Origin: a virus
Length of the DNA stretch: 64,000 bases
Reading direction: 5' to 3' (one strand)
IMG/VR virus record: IMGVR_UViG_3300031952_000010
Coordinates: 1 to 64,000 of that record
Position numbers and translations under genes: made by a program. The notes below the pieces were generated by a model. The model saw only the letters and a list, made by a program, of their open reading frames with translations, ran no database searches and was not told where the DNA came from. The first letter of the stretch is position 1. Each line of letters opens with the position of its first letter. This document shows, piece after piece, positions 31,618 to 41,191 of the stretch.

Positions 31618-32439
31618 ATGTTATTAAAAAAAGGGTCTAAAGGTGAAGACGTTAAAAAACTACAATCAAAATTAGGTCTAGTGGCTGACGGTGATTTCGG
31701 TTCTGGAACTGAAACTAAAGTAAAAGAATGGCAATCCTCAAACGGATTAACCGCCGATGGTGTCGTTGGAGACGGTACTTGGGGTAAAATGTTTGGTGGT
31801 GAAGTGATAAAAAAAGATGTGGTTATCCCAACAGGAGGACCATTAAAATTGGAAAAATTAAAAGGTCACGTTCCTGATGCGGTTATCTCACAAATTCCTG
31901 AAACTGCTGCGAAGTTTAATATAACTAACCCATTAAGATTAGCTCACTTCTTGGCACAATGTGGTCATGAAAGTGGTGGATTTAAAGCGGTTAGTGAAAA
32001 TGTTAATTATTCTGCTGATGGTCTTAAAAAGATTTTTGGGAAATACTTTCCTGGTAACTTAAATGAGTCTTACGCTCGTCAACCTGAAAAAATTGCTGCA
32101 AGAGTGTACGCTGACCGTATGGGTAATGGTAATGAAGCGTCAAAAGAAGGGTTTAAATTTCGTGGAAGAGGGTATATCCAATTAACTGGAAAATCAAACT
32201 ACACAAACTTTGCCAAATTTATTGGTGAAGATACGGTAACAAATCCTGATTTAGTTGCTACAAAATATCCATTAGCTTCCGCAGCATTTTTCTTTGATTC
32301 AAACAAACTTTGGTCAATATGTGATAAAGGAGCTGACGTTACCACGGTAACTGCGGTCACAAAAAGAGTTAACGGTGGTACTATCGGATTAGAAGATAGA
32401 ATCAAACACTTTAAAGAATATTATTCATTATTATCATAA
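31618..32439 (+). CDS. endolysin: peptidoglycan-binding domain + GH19
   Basis: LKKGSKGEDVKKLQ...ADG; FLAQCGHESGG, FRGRGYIQLTG, RVNGG. Confidence 0.9.
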   Translation: MLLKKGSKGEDVKKLQSKLGLVADGDFGSGTETKVKEWQSSNGLTADGVVGDGTWGKMFGGEVIKKDVVIPTGGPLKLEKLKGHVPDAVISQIPETAAKFNITNPLRLAHFLAQCGHESGGFKAVSENVNYSADGLKKIFGKYFPGNLNESYARQPEKIAARVYADRMGNGNEASKEGFKFRGRGYIQLTGKSNYTNFAKFIGEDTVTNPDLVATKYPLASAAFFFDSNKLWSICDKGADVTTVTAVTKRVNGGTIGLEDRIKHFKEYYSLLS

Positions 32440-32471
32440 AAATAAAAACCCCCTTAATTGGGGGTTTTTTG

Positions 32472-33161
32472 TTAAAGAAACTTCACCTGATTAGTGATTG
32501 GGTCCCAATCAATATTCCAAGGTAAGTGAGAGTAAAGGTATCTTTCATCTAATACTGCCGCGTTGAAATAATGAGTGTGTCCGTCAAAGTAGTGTCCATA
32601 TCCTGTGTGGATGTGACCACAAATGTGAATCTTCGGTTTGATAGTTTTAATTCTTTCCGCCAATAATTCACAACCTAAATGGTCTCCTCTGCGACCTTCA
32701 ACGTCATCCAAGAATCCCCACGCAGGTCCGTGAGTAACTAAGATGTCAGTGTCCTCAGGAATTGCATTCCATTTTTCTTGTAACTCAGGTCCGTTTTTTT
32801 GTAGGTTGAACGCCCATTGATAAAATTCAGGTTGCCAAGGACTACCATAAACTTTAACCATTTGATTGTCATCCCCAACTTTCGCCCAATCATCTTGCAA
32901 GTAATTAACGGTTTTGTAAGAGTTAACAATTTGCATCGCTTTCTCGGCGTTGTTTTGGAAACCCCAATCGTGATTACCCGCAATGAATATTTTGTGGTCA
33001 TAGTTATCGATTTTATCGAACCATTTAGTGAATTCAGTAATCTCGTGCTCATAACCCATAGAAGATATATCTCCTGCGTGGATTAACAAATCACCACCAG
33101 GTAAATCCTGGGTTATGTGTTTGTGTTTTGTGTGTGTATCTGATATAATTGTGATTTTCAT
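32472..33161 (-). CDS. calcineurin-like metallophosphoesterase
   Basis: SDTH, HAGD, AGNHD, THGP, GHIH. Confidence 0.9.
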   Translation of the reverse strand: MKITIISDTHTKHKHITQDLPGGDLLIHAGDISSMGYEHEITEFTKWFDKIDNYDHKIFIAGNHDWGFQNNAEKAMQIVNSYKTVNYLQDDWAKVGDDNQMVKVYGSPWQPEFYQWAFNLQKNGPELQEKWNAIPEDTDILVTHGPAWGFLDDVEGRRGDHLGCELLAERIKTIKPKIHICGHIHTGYGHYFDGHTHYFNAAVLDERYLYSHLPWNIDWDPITNQVKFL

Positions 33162-33183
33162 AGTACAAATATAATAATAATTT

Positions 33184-33783
33184 TTAATCCCACCAACCTT
33201 TTATTCCAGAACCGTCAAATTGTTCATCCCAATCAACGTCTTTATCAAATTTGGTATAATCTTGACCTTTTAAAATAGTAAAAAGTTCATCCCATTCTTG
33301 TCGTTCAATTTCACGAGCTCTATCAAACACTTTACGATTGTGAATTTTTTCTTCGTCAGTGTCTTTATCAACTAAACGACTGTATCCTGGTTTATCCTCA
33401 ACTGGTTCAAACTCCCAATCGTGATGTACTATTTCGCCAAGTTCTTTTTCCGACATTTCAATGTAGTTATCCTGATTGTAGTTTTTAATTAACTCAATGG
33501 CTCTACGCATTGCGGCCACTTTCTTTAAACGAGGTCCATCAACCTCATTACCATATTTTTCAATAGTGTCAGAAGTATTGGTTAACCCAATTTCAAGAAA
33601 CTTTAAAGTTCCGTGATGGTCAAACCAATAATGGCTCCATAAAGCTTTTCTAAATGTCCAAACATTCTTAAAGAATCTTGGTAAGTCATATCTAAATAAT
33701 TCATATGTTTTATACCACCAAGTTTGGTGTCGTATTAATGTTTTAAGGCTATCCCCAAAACTATCTGCAAATCCTACTTTCAT
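33184..33783 (-). CDS. hypothetical phage protein
   Basis: ORF ending GWWD. Confidence 0.75.
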   Translation of the reverse strand: MKVGFADSFGDSLKTLIRHQTWWYKTYELFRYDLPRFFKNVWTFRKALWSHYWFDHHGTLKFLEIGLTNTSDTIEKYGNEVDGPRLKKVAAMRRAIELIKNYNQDNYIEMSEKELGEIVHHDWEFEPVEDKPGYSRLVDKDTDEEKIHNRKVFDRAREIERQEWDELFTILKGQDYTKFDKDVDWDEQFDGSGIKGWWD

Positions 33784-33902
33784 AACTTTAATTTTTTACA
33801 AAGGTAGGTAATTTTTTCCAAATAAAAAAGGGGATAGTAGCGAACTTCCCCTTTAATTTGTTACCACAACAGTAACGGTCCTAAAAGTCCCCAACTTGGG
33901 GA

Positions 33903-34409
33903 TTATTTTTCTTTAACTAAAACTAAACACCTTTTAAGATATTCTTTAGCTCTAGGTGTTGGGTCAGGATGACCAAGTACTTTCTCAATGTCTTTAACTA
34001 ATTCTTCACCGTGTTCGTTTTCTTTATAAAGTTCAATAACTTTATCCATTGCTTGGATACACCCGTTATTAGTCTCGTCAAAATAATTCTTTTTTCTAAA
34101 ACCATTAATATGATTCATTAAGTTAAATGCCAAATGTTCACCACCATCATTAATTGTTTCAGGGTGTAATCTTAAAGTCCTTAGCATATCTAATGTATCA
34201 ACCATTCCGTTAATACCACCTTCTCTTTTGTAGATTTTATTTGAATAGTTTTGGAAACTTTTAGACGGACCAACAATGTTATCTAAAGGAATTATATTTC
34301 CTGCAACACATCTTGGCTTTTGTTCTTTAGACTCAATTTCAGTTTGTTCTAAAATATGTTGTCTAATTGTCATACGAAGTTTTTTTTCGTCAATTGTAAT
34401 TTTTCCCAT
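33903..34409 (-). CDS. leader-motif protein
   Basis: KITIDEKKLRMTIRQHILEQ. Confidence 0.7.
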   Translation of the reverse strand: MGKITIDEKKLRMTIRQHILEQTEIESKEQKPRCVAGNIIPLDNIVGPSKSFQNYSNKIYKREGGINGMVDTLDMLRTLRLHPETINDGGEHLAFNLMNHINGFRKKNYFDETNNGCIQAMDKVIELYKENEHGEELVKDIEKVLGHPDPTPRAKEYLKRCLVLVKEK

Positions 34410-34518
34410 TTTGTTTTCTTTATACTATAAATATTAGAAGAAATGTAATTATTTGTGAAGTCATATATTTATAGTAAAATAAGTCCGAGAGACATAAATT
34501 TTAAATACAATACTATGG

Positions 34519-34740
34519 ATGATGAGAGTTCCTATAAAAACATGGAGAAAGATATTTTTAGAAAATCTTTCAGTAAAATTTTTAATGTTAGCAATGTTCT
34601 TCAACCCATTTGGGTTCGATGCCATCCAATACTATCTTATTACAGTAACAGGGAGTATCTGGTACGCCAATTTAATTATGTACTTCATCTCGGGATTCTT
34701 CTTTGGTCTATACTTTTATTTTCGAAAATTATCTAAATGA
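34519..34740 (+). CDS. small membrane protein
   Basis: two hydrophobic segments; overlaps the next start. Confidence 0.55.
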   Translation: MMRVPIKTWRKIFLENLSVKFLMLAMFFNPFGFDAIQYYLITVTGSIWYANLIMYFISGFFFGLYFYFRKLSK

Positions 34741-35855
34741 AACTAATTGAATCCCACATATATAGAATAACTAACTTAATGGGGTTTACCCCTAATAATA
34801 TTATTATTGAATCTGAAAATGATAATAAAGACGAATATTATTTAAAAAGAATTGTTAATTTATTACAGTTCAACCGATTATATAATAGTGAAAATAAAAT
34901 AAATTTAAATAAAATTCAACAATTTGCCAAAGAAAATTTAATAGATTTTGGATTATTGGAAAGGGGCATGATTAAATTATTAAAGTTAAAGGGTAATCGA
35001 AAATTAAATTTATCCGAATTTTTTAGTGAATTAATTAAATCTTTAGAAAAAAGACATTCTCATAATTACATCGGTAACCTTGAAACTAACGACGAATTTT
35101 CATTTGAACCACAAGAACCATCAGTCGTACCTAAAAAAGTATATAAAGAAGAGTTATATTATTTACAAATTGAATTATTAAAACTTCAAGAGTGGTTAAA
35201 TAAAACTGGAAAAACAGTAATTATTGTTTTTGAGGGTAGAGATTCTGCGGGTAAAGGGTCAACTATTAAAAAATTTACTGAAAACATGAACCCAAGAAAT
35301 TATAATGTAATTGCTCTTGGAGTACCAACACCTGAAGAAAGAAAAAATTGGTGGGACAGGTACAGAAGTCAAATTCAAAAAGGTAAAATAAATTTATTTG
35401 ATAGAAGTTGGTATAACAGAGGTCTTATTGAGCCAGTTATGGGTTATGGTAATCCTGAAGAATATGAAAATTTTATGAATAATGTTGAGGGGTTTGAGGA
35501 AGATTTGGTTAAAGACGGTAATTTTTTATTTAAATTGTGGTTCTCAATAGAAAAAGAAACTCAACAAAATAGATTTGATATGAGACAAAAATCTCAACTC
35601 AAGTATTGGAAGTATTCCCCTAATGATGAAAAAATGCAAGACCTTTGGGATAGATTTACAGAATTTAAAGAAAAATTATTTGATAAAACATCAACAGTTA
35701 ATAATCCTTGGGTTGTCATTGATTCAAACGATAAAAAAATTTCAGGATTAAATTCAATCAGGTATATACTCCAAAATATACCTTATGAAGATAAAAATAA
35801 AAAAATATTAAATCAATATTATCCTGAAGCTCTTTCAGTTTTAAACCCTAAGTAA
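34737..35855 (+). CDS. ppk2: polyphosphate kinase 2 with N-terminal extension
   Basis: FEGRDSAGKGSTIK, FDRSWYNR, WKYSPND, PWVVIDSNDK. Confidence 0.92.
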   Translation: MKLIESHIYRITNLMGFTPNNIIIESENDNKDEYYLKRIVNLLQFNRLYNSENKINLNKIQQFAKENLIDFGLLERGMIKLLKLKGNRKLNLSEFFSELIKSLEKRHSHNYIGNLETNDEFSFEPQEPSVVPKKVYKEELYYLQIELLKLQEWLNKTGKTVIIVFEGRDSAGKGSTIKKFTENMNPRNYNVIALGVPTPEERKNWWDRYRSQIQKGKINLFDRSWYNRGLIEPVMGYGNPEEYENFMNNVEGFEEDLVKDGNFLFKLWFSIEKETQQNRFDMRQKSQLKYWKYSPNDEKMQDLWDRFTEFKEKLFDKTSTVNNPWVVIDSNDKKISGLNSIRYILQNIPYEDKNKKILNQYYPEALSVLNPK

Positions 35856-36059
35856 TTACTCCACCAATTTATCATCATCTGGCGATTTTGGTAGGATAAG
35901 TTGTAACCAAATATCAAACACTAAAAAGTAAATCCACCAAGTTAAGTCTGATATTGGATGACGGTCAGAATTTAAATTAGTTAGATATAATAAAACAAGT
36001 ATGTTTGTTGCAATATATATTCTGACAACTATAACTAAAAATATTAAAAATTTTTTCAT
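35856..36059 (-). CDS. small membrane protein
   Basis: hydrophobic ORF. Confidence 0.5.
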   Translation of the reverse strand: MKKFLIFLVIVVRIYIATNILVLLYLTNLNSDRHPISDLTWWIYFLVFDIWLQLILPKSPDDDKLVE

Positions 36060-36060
36060 A

Positions 36061-36483
36061 TTATAATTTAATCTCAAAACGGTTTTTCATAATCTCCAAT
36101 TTGTCTTCAGGAACTCCGTGAGTATTGACCCCTCCGTGACGGTTTTCAACAATAACTGTAAAAACGGTATAACCATATTTTTTAGCCAATTTAAAATATT
36201 CGTCCATCTCCCACTCTTGTGTGAATGTATTTGATACGGCGATTTCTCGATAATATTGGTCATTTAATAATGAGTCTTTCATATAAGTTTCCACAGTATC
36301 CTGACAGAATTTATGAGCGTCTTTGATTTTTGAAACATCAAATTTATATTCACCAGTTTCTTTATCAATAAAATATTTGTCGGCTTCACAGACTAAAAAG
36401 TCCTCACCAACTAATTTTTCGGCAAAAGTAGATTTACCCGAACCAGGTAATCCTCTAACAATAAAAAGTATTTTTTTTTCCAT
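36061..36483 (-). CDS. P-loop kinase (AAA_33 / polynucleotide kinase-like)
   Basis: RGLPGSGKSTF, EADKYF, VSNTF, HGVP. Confidence 0.85.
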   Translation of the reverse strand: MEKKILFIVRGLPGSGKSTFAEKLVGEDFLVCEADKYFIDKETGEYKFDVSKIKDAHKFCQDTVETYMKDSLLNDQYYREIAVSNTFTQEWEMDEYFKLAKKYGYTVFTVIVENRHGGVNTHGVPEDKLEIMKNRFEIKL

Positions 36484-36780
36484 ACCACAAAGATAGTGGT
36501 TTTATTATTGAAAACAAGCTGTATTATAGAAATATTTTAGCAAACTCACACACTCTAATTGCGGTGTTAATTGTTTTATAATATAGGTTGTAGAATGTTT
36601 TTTGGTAATTTTTCACAACATTAAATATCATGTTTTTCTTCATTAACTAATATTTCTATTTGTCTTTTAACCATTTCTAATGTTGTGTAAGCGTAAACTT
36701 GAGAATCTTCTAAATTTTCTTCAGGAAATTGGATTTGTTGCAACTCAATCCAATCAATAATTTTCTTACAGTCACACATA

Positions 36781-37197
36781 TTACTCTGTTTCTTTGGGTA
36801 ATGTCAAAACCATCTTTTCAATCTTACATCTTCCTCTCTCACCGATTGGGATTGGGTTACCATACTCACTTATCTGAACAAATCTGATATTAGTTTTAAG
36901 TACAAGAATTTGATTTCCCGTGTAAACGTCATGAGCTCTTGCCTCCATATATAATGTTACTGAAGTATTACCAAGTTTAGAAGGATATCCATAAATTTTA
37001 AGTAATTGGCCTTCCTTCGCTGGCTTTTCAAAATTACACTTATCAATTGACACTGTAACCATTCTTGGCGAGTCACATAATTGCATTGAGTACCCTGCTG
37101 CGGCTGAGTCAATCCATGCTAATAGTTTACCACCGAAAAGATTTCCATGGAACCCTAAATCGGATTTTTTAATCGGGTGAGTGTTCAATAATTCCAT
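36781..37197 (-). CDS. acyl-CoA thioesterase (hotdog fold)
   Basis: HGNLFGGKLLAWID, VTVSID, GNTS. Confidence 0.85.
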   Translation of the reverse strand: MELLNTHPIKKSDLGFHGNLFGGKLLAWIDSAAAGYSMQLCDSPRMVTVSIDKCNFEKPAKEGQLLKIYGYPSKLGNTSVTLYMEARAHDVYTGNQILVLKTNIRFVQISEYGNPIPIGERGRCKIEKMVLTLPKETE

Positions 37198-37250
37198 AGG
37201 TAAATTATAATAAAAAAAACATTAAACGTAAATAAAAGTATTTATATCAT

Positions 37251-38225
37251 ATGTTAAGTAATCAACAAATAGAAAAAATAAATACGACCATTTCCAACAA
37301 GGCATTCAATTACCAAGGGGAGATACTCAATGGTGTTGATACAAAAGTGAATATTGACTTTAAGATTGAGTTTTTAGGGTACAAAGAAATGATTAGTGTT
37401 GGTGAATATTACAATTACTTAAAAGTGGGTATTACTATTGTTGAGTTAAATGACCCATTATCAAAATTAATTTTTTCAGGGGATAAAAATGATAACTTAA
37501 TGGATTGGAAGGTTTTCTTTAAGGCCAGTTTATATTATTTTTATTCTAGTTTAGAATCTTATATTTCTTCAGTTATTAAAATGTTTGATAGTGAAGATAG
37601 TAGAATTACTATTTGGGATATTAAATTAGATTTAGAAAAAGAAAAACCAAAAATGAATGAAGGTAGAATGAGTAGAGTTGCTTTAAAAACAGTAGTTAGA
37701 GATATTATATATAAAGTTAAAGAAGGTAAGAAAGGTTTCTTTTATTTACCTAAAGAAGATGATTCATATGAATTCACCAATTTACCATTTTCTTTTGATG
37801 TGGAGTTAACATTAAAAACTAGTGGTAACATTAAAGATTATCAAATGAATGGTTATTACTCACCTGAGGATGAAGTAGTTGAGATTATTATAATATTTAA
37901 CCCTAAAAGATTTAAAGAATATGCTTATAATTTAATTGGTGAATTAAATGAGGTGTTGGCTCACGAATTGGAACATGGTCATCAGAATTATAGAGGTGAA
38001 TTTGAGAATAGAAACGATGCCGACACTAAAGAGTCTTTAGTTTATTACACCCAAGAACATGAAATACCCGCACAATATGCAGGATTTAAAAGACTTGCTA
38101 AATTAAGGAAAGAACCACTTAGTTCTATTGTTAATGATTGGTTTAGAACTCACAAAGATATTCACGGTTTAACCGATGATGAAGAAAAAATAGTAATAGA
38201 TAAGATTTTAAATTTTAAAAGATAA
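37251..38225 (+). CDS. protein with C-terminal zincin motif
   Basis: AHELEHGHQ...EHEIPA. Confidence 0.65.
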   Translation: MLSNQQIEKINTTISNKAFNYQGEILNGVDTKVNIDFKIEFLGYKEMISVGEYYNYLKVGITIVELNDPLSKLIFSGDKNDNLMDWKVFFKASLYYFYSSLESYISSVIKMFDSEDSRITIWDIKLDLEKEKPKMNEGRMSRVALKTVVRDIIYKVKEGKKGFFYLPKEDDSYEFTNLPFSFDVELTLKTSGNIKDYQMNGYYSPEDEVVEIIIIFNPKRFKEYAYNLIGELNEVLAHELEHGHQNYRGEFENRNDADTKESLVYYTQEHEIPAQYAGFKRLAKLRKEPLSSIVNDWFRTHKDIHGLTDDEEKIVIDKILNFKR

Positions 38226-38231
38226 TTATCT

Positions 38232-38867
38232 TTAGTTTTTTTCCTTAAAAACTCTAATTAATTTAGAGAACAACTCTTTCACAACAATACCTGATACAGT
38301 TAAAACACCAAAAGAGGATAATCTAATTGCGATTTCTTTAGCGTCACCTGTTTTAAATGCCCCTGAAATAACTGCACTATAAACAATAGGTATTAATGGG
38401 ATAATGAATGCGTAACTCATTATATTAGTGACTGAATGTAATGTGATGTTTAACCCATCCATAAAATCAACAAAAGTACTTTTTAATTGATTTGCTTTAT
38501 TTAAACTTGTTTTAAATTCTTCAGACAATCCCTCAGATTTAATTCTCTCTAATATTTTTCGAATCATTTCTTTATTGTTCATATAGAACGTCGCAATAAT
38601 TCCTGTTAATATTAGACTCATTTCCACATCAGAAACATTAGGGAATCTACCAGATATAAACTCATTTAAAGGGCCAATAAACCCCCCGATACTTGCCCCC
38701 CATGTAAATAAGAATTCAAAATTCATACCCATTTGTTGTGACGACATTTTCAAAACGTCTTTAACAAATTTATAGTTTTGTTTAACCATATCACCGAATT
38801 CGTCATTAACGGATTCTCGTAATATAATTCTTTTTTGATTTTCGTTTATTAATAAAGTAGCACTCAT
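38232..38867 (-). CDS. leader-motif membrane protein
   Basis: LLINENQKRIILRES; hydrophobic helices. Confidence 0.7.
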   Translation of the reverse strand: MSATLLINENQKRIILRESVNDEFGDMVKQNYKFVKDVLKMSSQQMGMNFEFLFTWGASIGGFIGPLNEFISGRFPNVSDVEMSLILTGIIATFYMNNKEMIRKILERIKSEGLSEEFKTSLNKANQLKSTFVDFMDGLNITLHSVTNIMSYAFIIPLIPIVYSAVISGAFKTGDAKEIAIRLSSFGVLTVSGIVVKELFSKLIRVFKEKN

Positions 38868-38919
38868 ACAACAATAAATACTTTGATTATATTTATTATT
38901 AAATTGAATTATAAATTTT

Positions 38920-39528
38920 ATGATTAATCCTGAGTTATATGCTGGTGATAGAGTAGTTGTCCTACATATGGATGATGAATTTTCTGCGGTACCTATTGGA
39001 ACTGCTGGAACGGTTAAATCTCATACTAAGGTATTTGGAGGTGACCTATATTATGTGAAATGGGATAATGGTAGTTCTTTAGCTTTGCTTGGTGATGTTG
39101 ATATTTGGGATACTGAAGAAAGTATGATTGCCAAGAGGACAATTAAAAAGAAGGTTGTTGAAGGCGAGTATGAAAGAAATATTAATTTATTAAAAAATAT
39201 TGATGTATTTAAGAACTTTAATATGAAATTCTTACAAAAGTACTTGTTGGCCGTTAGGGAATCCAGTATTGTTAATATGTTTGCGGCATCCGATTACCTA
39301 TGGTTAGGTCGAGAAAGAATTGAACATGAATTCAAATACAAAGACATACACAACGAAGACGCATTTGAACAAGTATTAGAAATGGCCGACAAAGCACAAT
39401 CAGAAATGGTACAAGGTGTTATGAAAATTCTTGAAAACGAAGGTAAGGAAGTTAGTTTAGAAAATGTTAACCGAAATATTAAAAGGTACGCATCTAAAGT
39501 TCTTCAGAATTACATGATGTTATTTTAA
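38920..39528 (+). CDS. DUF4314-like N-terminal domain protein
   Basis: GDRVVVLHMDD...GTAGTV...VKWDNGSSLAL. Confidence 0.6.
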   Translation: MINPELYAGDRVVVLHMDDEFSAVPIGTAGTVKSHTKVFGGDLYYVKWDNGSSLALLGDVDIWDTEESMIAKRTIKKKVVEGEYERNINLLKNIDVFKNFNMKFLQKYLLAVRESSIVNMFAASDYLWLGRERIEHEFKYKDIHNEDAFEQVLEMADKAQSEMVQGVMKILENEGKEVSLENVNRNIKRYASKVLQNYMMLF

Positions 39529-39810
39529 TTCAAATTCCCAAACATCATCTTTCATAACAGGGTTAACAAACAAATCTAAAAAAACTGCGTTTTGTTCACC
39601 AGCGTGTAAACCTATTATATTGTAATCATAAAATTCTTCAGCTTCACCCATAGTCATTAAGTCTCTCTCTTGGAGTATATCTAAGATTATTTGTTTTGAA
39701 TAAAGAATTCTTCTACCGTTACCAAATTCCTCAACAATTCCAATTATTGCACTCTCTAAACCATCTAAAAGGATGGCACCTTCTGCGTATTCGTCTATAT
39801 CTACTATCAT
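39520..39810 (-). CDS. conserved phage hypothetical protein
   Basis: DGLESAIIG...AEEFYDYNIIG. Confidence 0.7.
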   Translation of the reverse strand: MIVDIDEYAEGAILLDGLESAIIGIVEEFGNGRRILYSKQIILDILQERDLMTMGEAEEFYDYNIIGLHAGEQNAVFLDLFVNPVMKDDVWEFELK

Positions 39811-39870
39811 ATTATAATGATACTAAAAATATTTACTCCAATCAATATATTTATAAGGAAAACAATAACT

Positions 39871-40452
39871 ATGAACGCATATTTTTTTAAAATGACAAAC
39901 GAAGAGAAAACTAACATTCTTGACCAACATAAAGAAGTTTATGATGGGTATGTTACAAACTACTCTCAACCAAATACTCAACCTTTATATGTACAAGATT
40001 TTGCTAACGATAAAGAAGGTATAACGGTTAACAATAAAGGCGTTGTTAGTACTTACAAAAACATGGGTATTAATGAACAATCTCATATATCCCCAGGTTC
40101 TGCTTACGAAGGTGAAGATACTTTTGAAAGTGAAGAAGAGGAAGAAGGATACATGGTAAGTGTTGGAGAACAGTTAGATATGATTGGTGACGGAGAAGAT
40201 GATTTATCTCAGGGTACTTTCGATATTGATGATGAAGAGGAAACTCAATTTTTAGTTAGCCCTGAAGATGATATTGAACTTGATGATTATAAAGACAGAA
40301 GTATGTATGACCCATATTATGGTGATGAGGATGAAAGTGATTTTGAAGAAGATTTATTCGGTGAAGACTTTGATGATGAAGAAAAAGGTGACATAGCCTT
40401 TAAGATTCACGAATCATTAGATATGTTTAATAGAATAAAAAAATATAACTAA
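39871..40452 (+). CDS. acidic hypothetical protein
   Basis: Asp/Glu-rich. Confidence 0.7.
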   Translation: MNAYFFKMTNEEKTNILDQHKEVYDGYVTNYSQPNTQPLYVQDFANDKEGITVNNKGVVSTYKNMGINEQSHISPGSAYEGEDTFESEEEEEGYMVSVGEQLDMIGDGEDDLSQGTFDIDDEEETQFLVSPEDDIELDDYKDRSMYDPYYGDEDESDFEEDLFGEDFDDEEKGDIAFKIHESLDMFNRIKKYN

Positions 40453-40513
40453 TTTTGTCTTTTCATAAAAAATAAGATATTTCTTTGTTATAAACTAAAT
40501 TAAACATTAGAAC

Positions 40514-40843
40514 ATGGAAATTAAAGAATTGGTTTCGTTTTTTATAAATGAATCATCGGAAACTTTAGAAATTACTTTTAGGTTGACGATTGACAGTGAA
40601 GACGAGATTAGAACAGACCAAATACAAATAAGTGAGACTCAATCATTTGGGTATAACTTTGAAAAATTTAAAATAAGTCCTTTAAGAGATTTATTCGAAG
40701 AGGATGAAGATGAGGACGGATTTGAAAGTTTATTCGATGACGATGATTTTGAAGACCCATTAGATGAAGATGAGATTATGTCTTTTTTGAATGAATATTA
40801 CTTAATCTACCCAAAGAAATTACCTACCGCAGAATTTTTTTAA
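40514..40843 (+). CDS. acidic hypothetical protein
   Basis: ORF track. Confidence 0.7.
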   Translation: MEIKELVSFFINESSETLEITFRLTIDSEDEIRTDQIQISETQSFGYNFEKFKISPLRDLFEEDEDEDGFESLFDDDDFEDPLDEDEIMSFLNEYYLIYPKKLPTAEFF

Positions 40844-40906
40844 AATAACTACCCCCTTAATTGGGGGTTTTTTGTTTTAGAAGTATTTATAATTAAAATA
40901 AAAATT

Positions 40907-41191
40907 ATGTCGGAAAATACAACTCCAGTTTCAGGATTCGCTGACACATTCTTATCTAAACTAAAAGAACAATCATTTACCATTATAGTTATGGTGGGTA
41001 TTATTTGGTATCAAGGTAAAATGATGGAAGAACGAGTTTCTTATTGGCAAAAATTATATGAAGAAAAAGAAGCATATATAGAACAAACCACAAAGGAGGA
41101 CAGGGAAGATTTATTAGAAAGAATTAAATATCTTCAAGACCAACGAGACAAGTATGTTGAGGACGCAATTAATGAATTAAAAGAAAAATGA
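40907..41191 (+). CDS. single-TM coiled-coil protein (holin-like architecture)
   Basis: TM FTIIVMVGIIWY followed by coiled coil. Confidence 0.55.
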   Translation: MSENTTPVSGFADTFLSKLKEQSFTIIVMVGIIWYQGKMMEERVSYWQKLYEEKEAYIEQTTKEDREDLLERIKYLQDQRDKYVEDAINELKEK

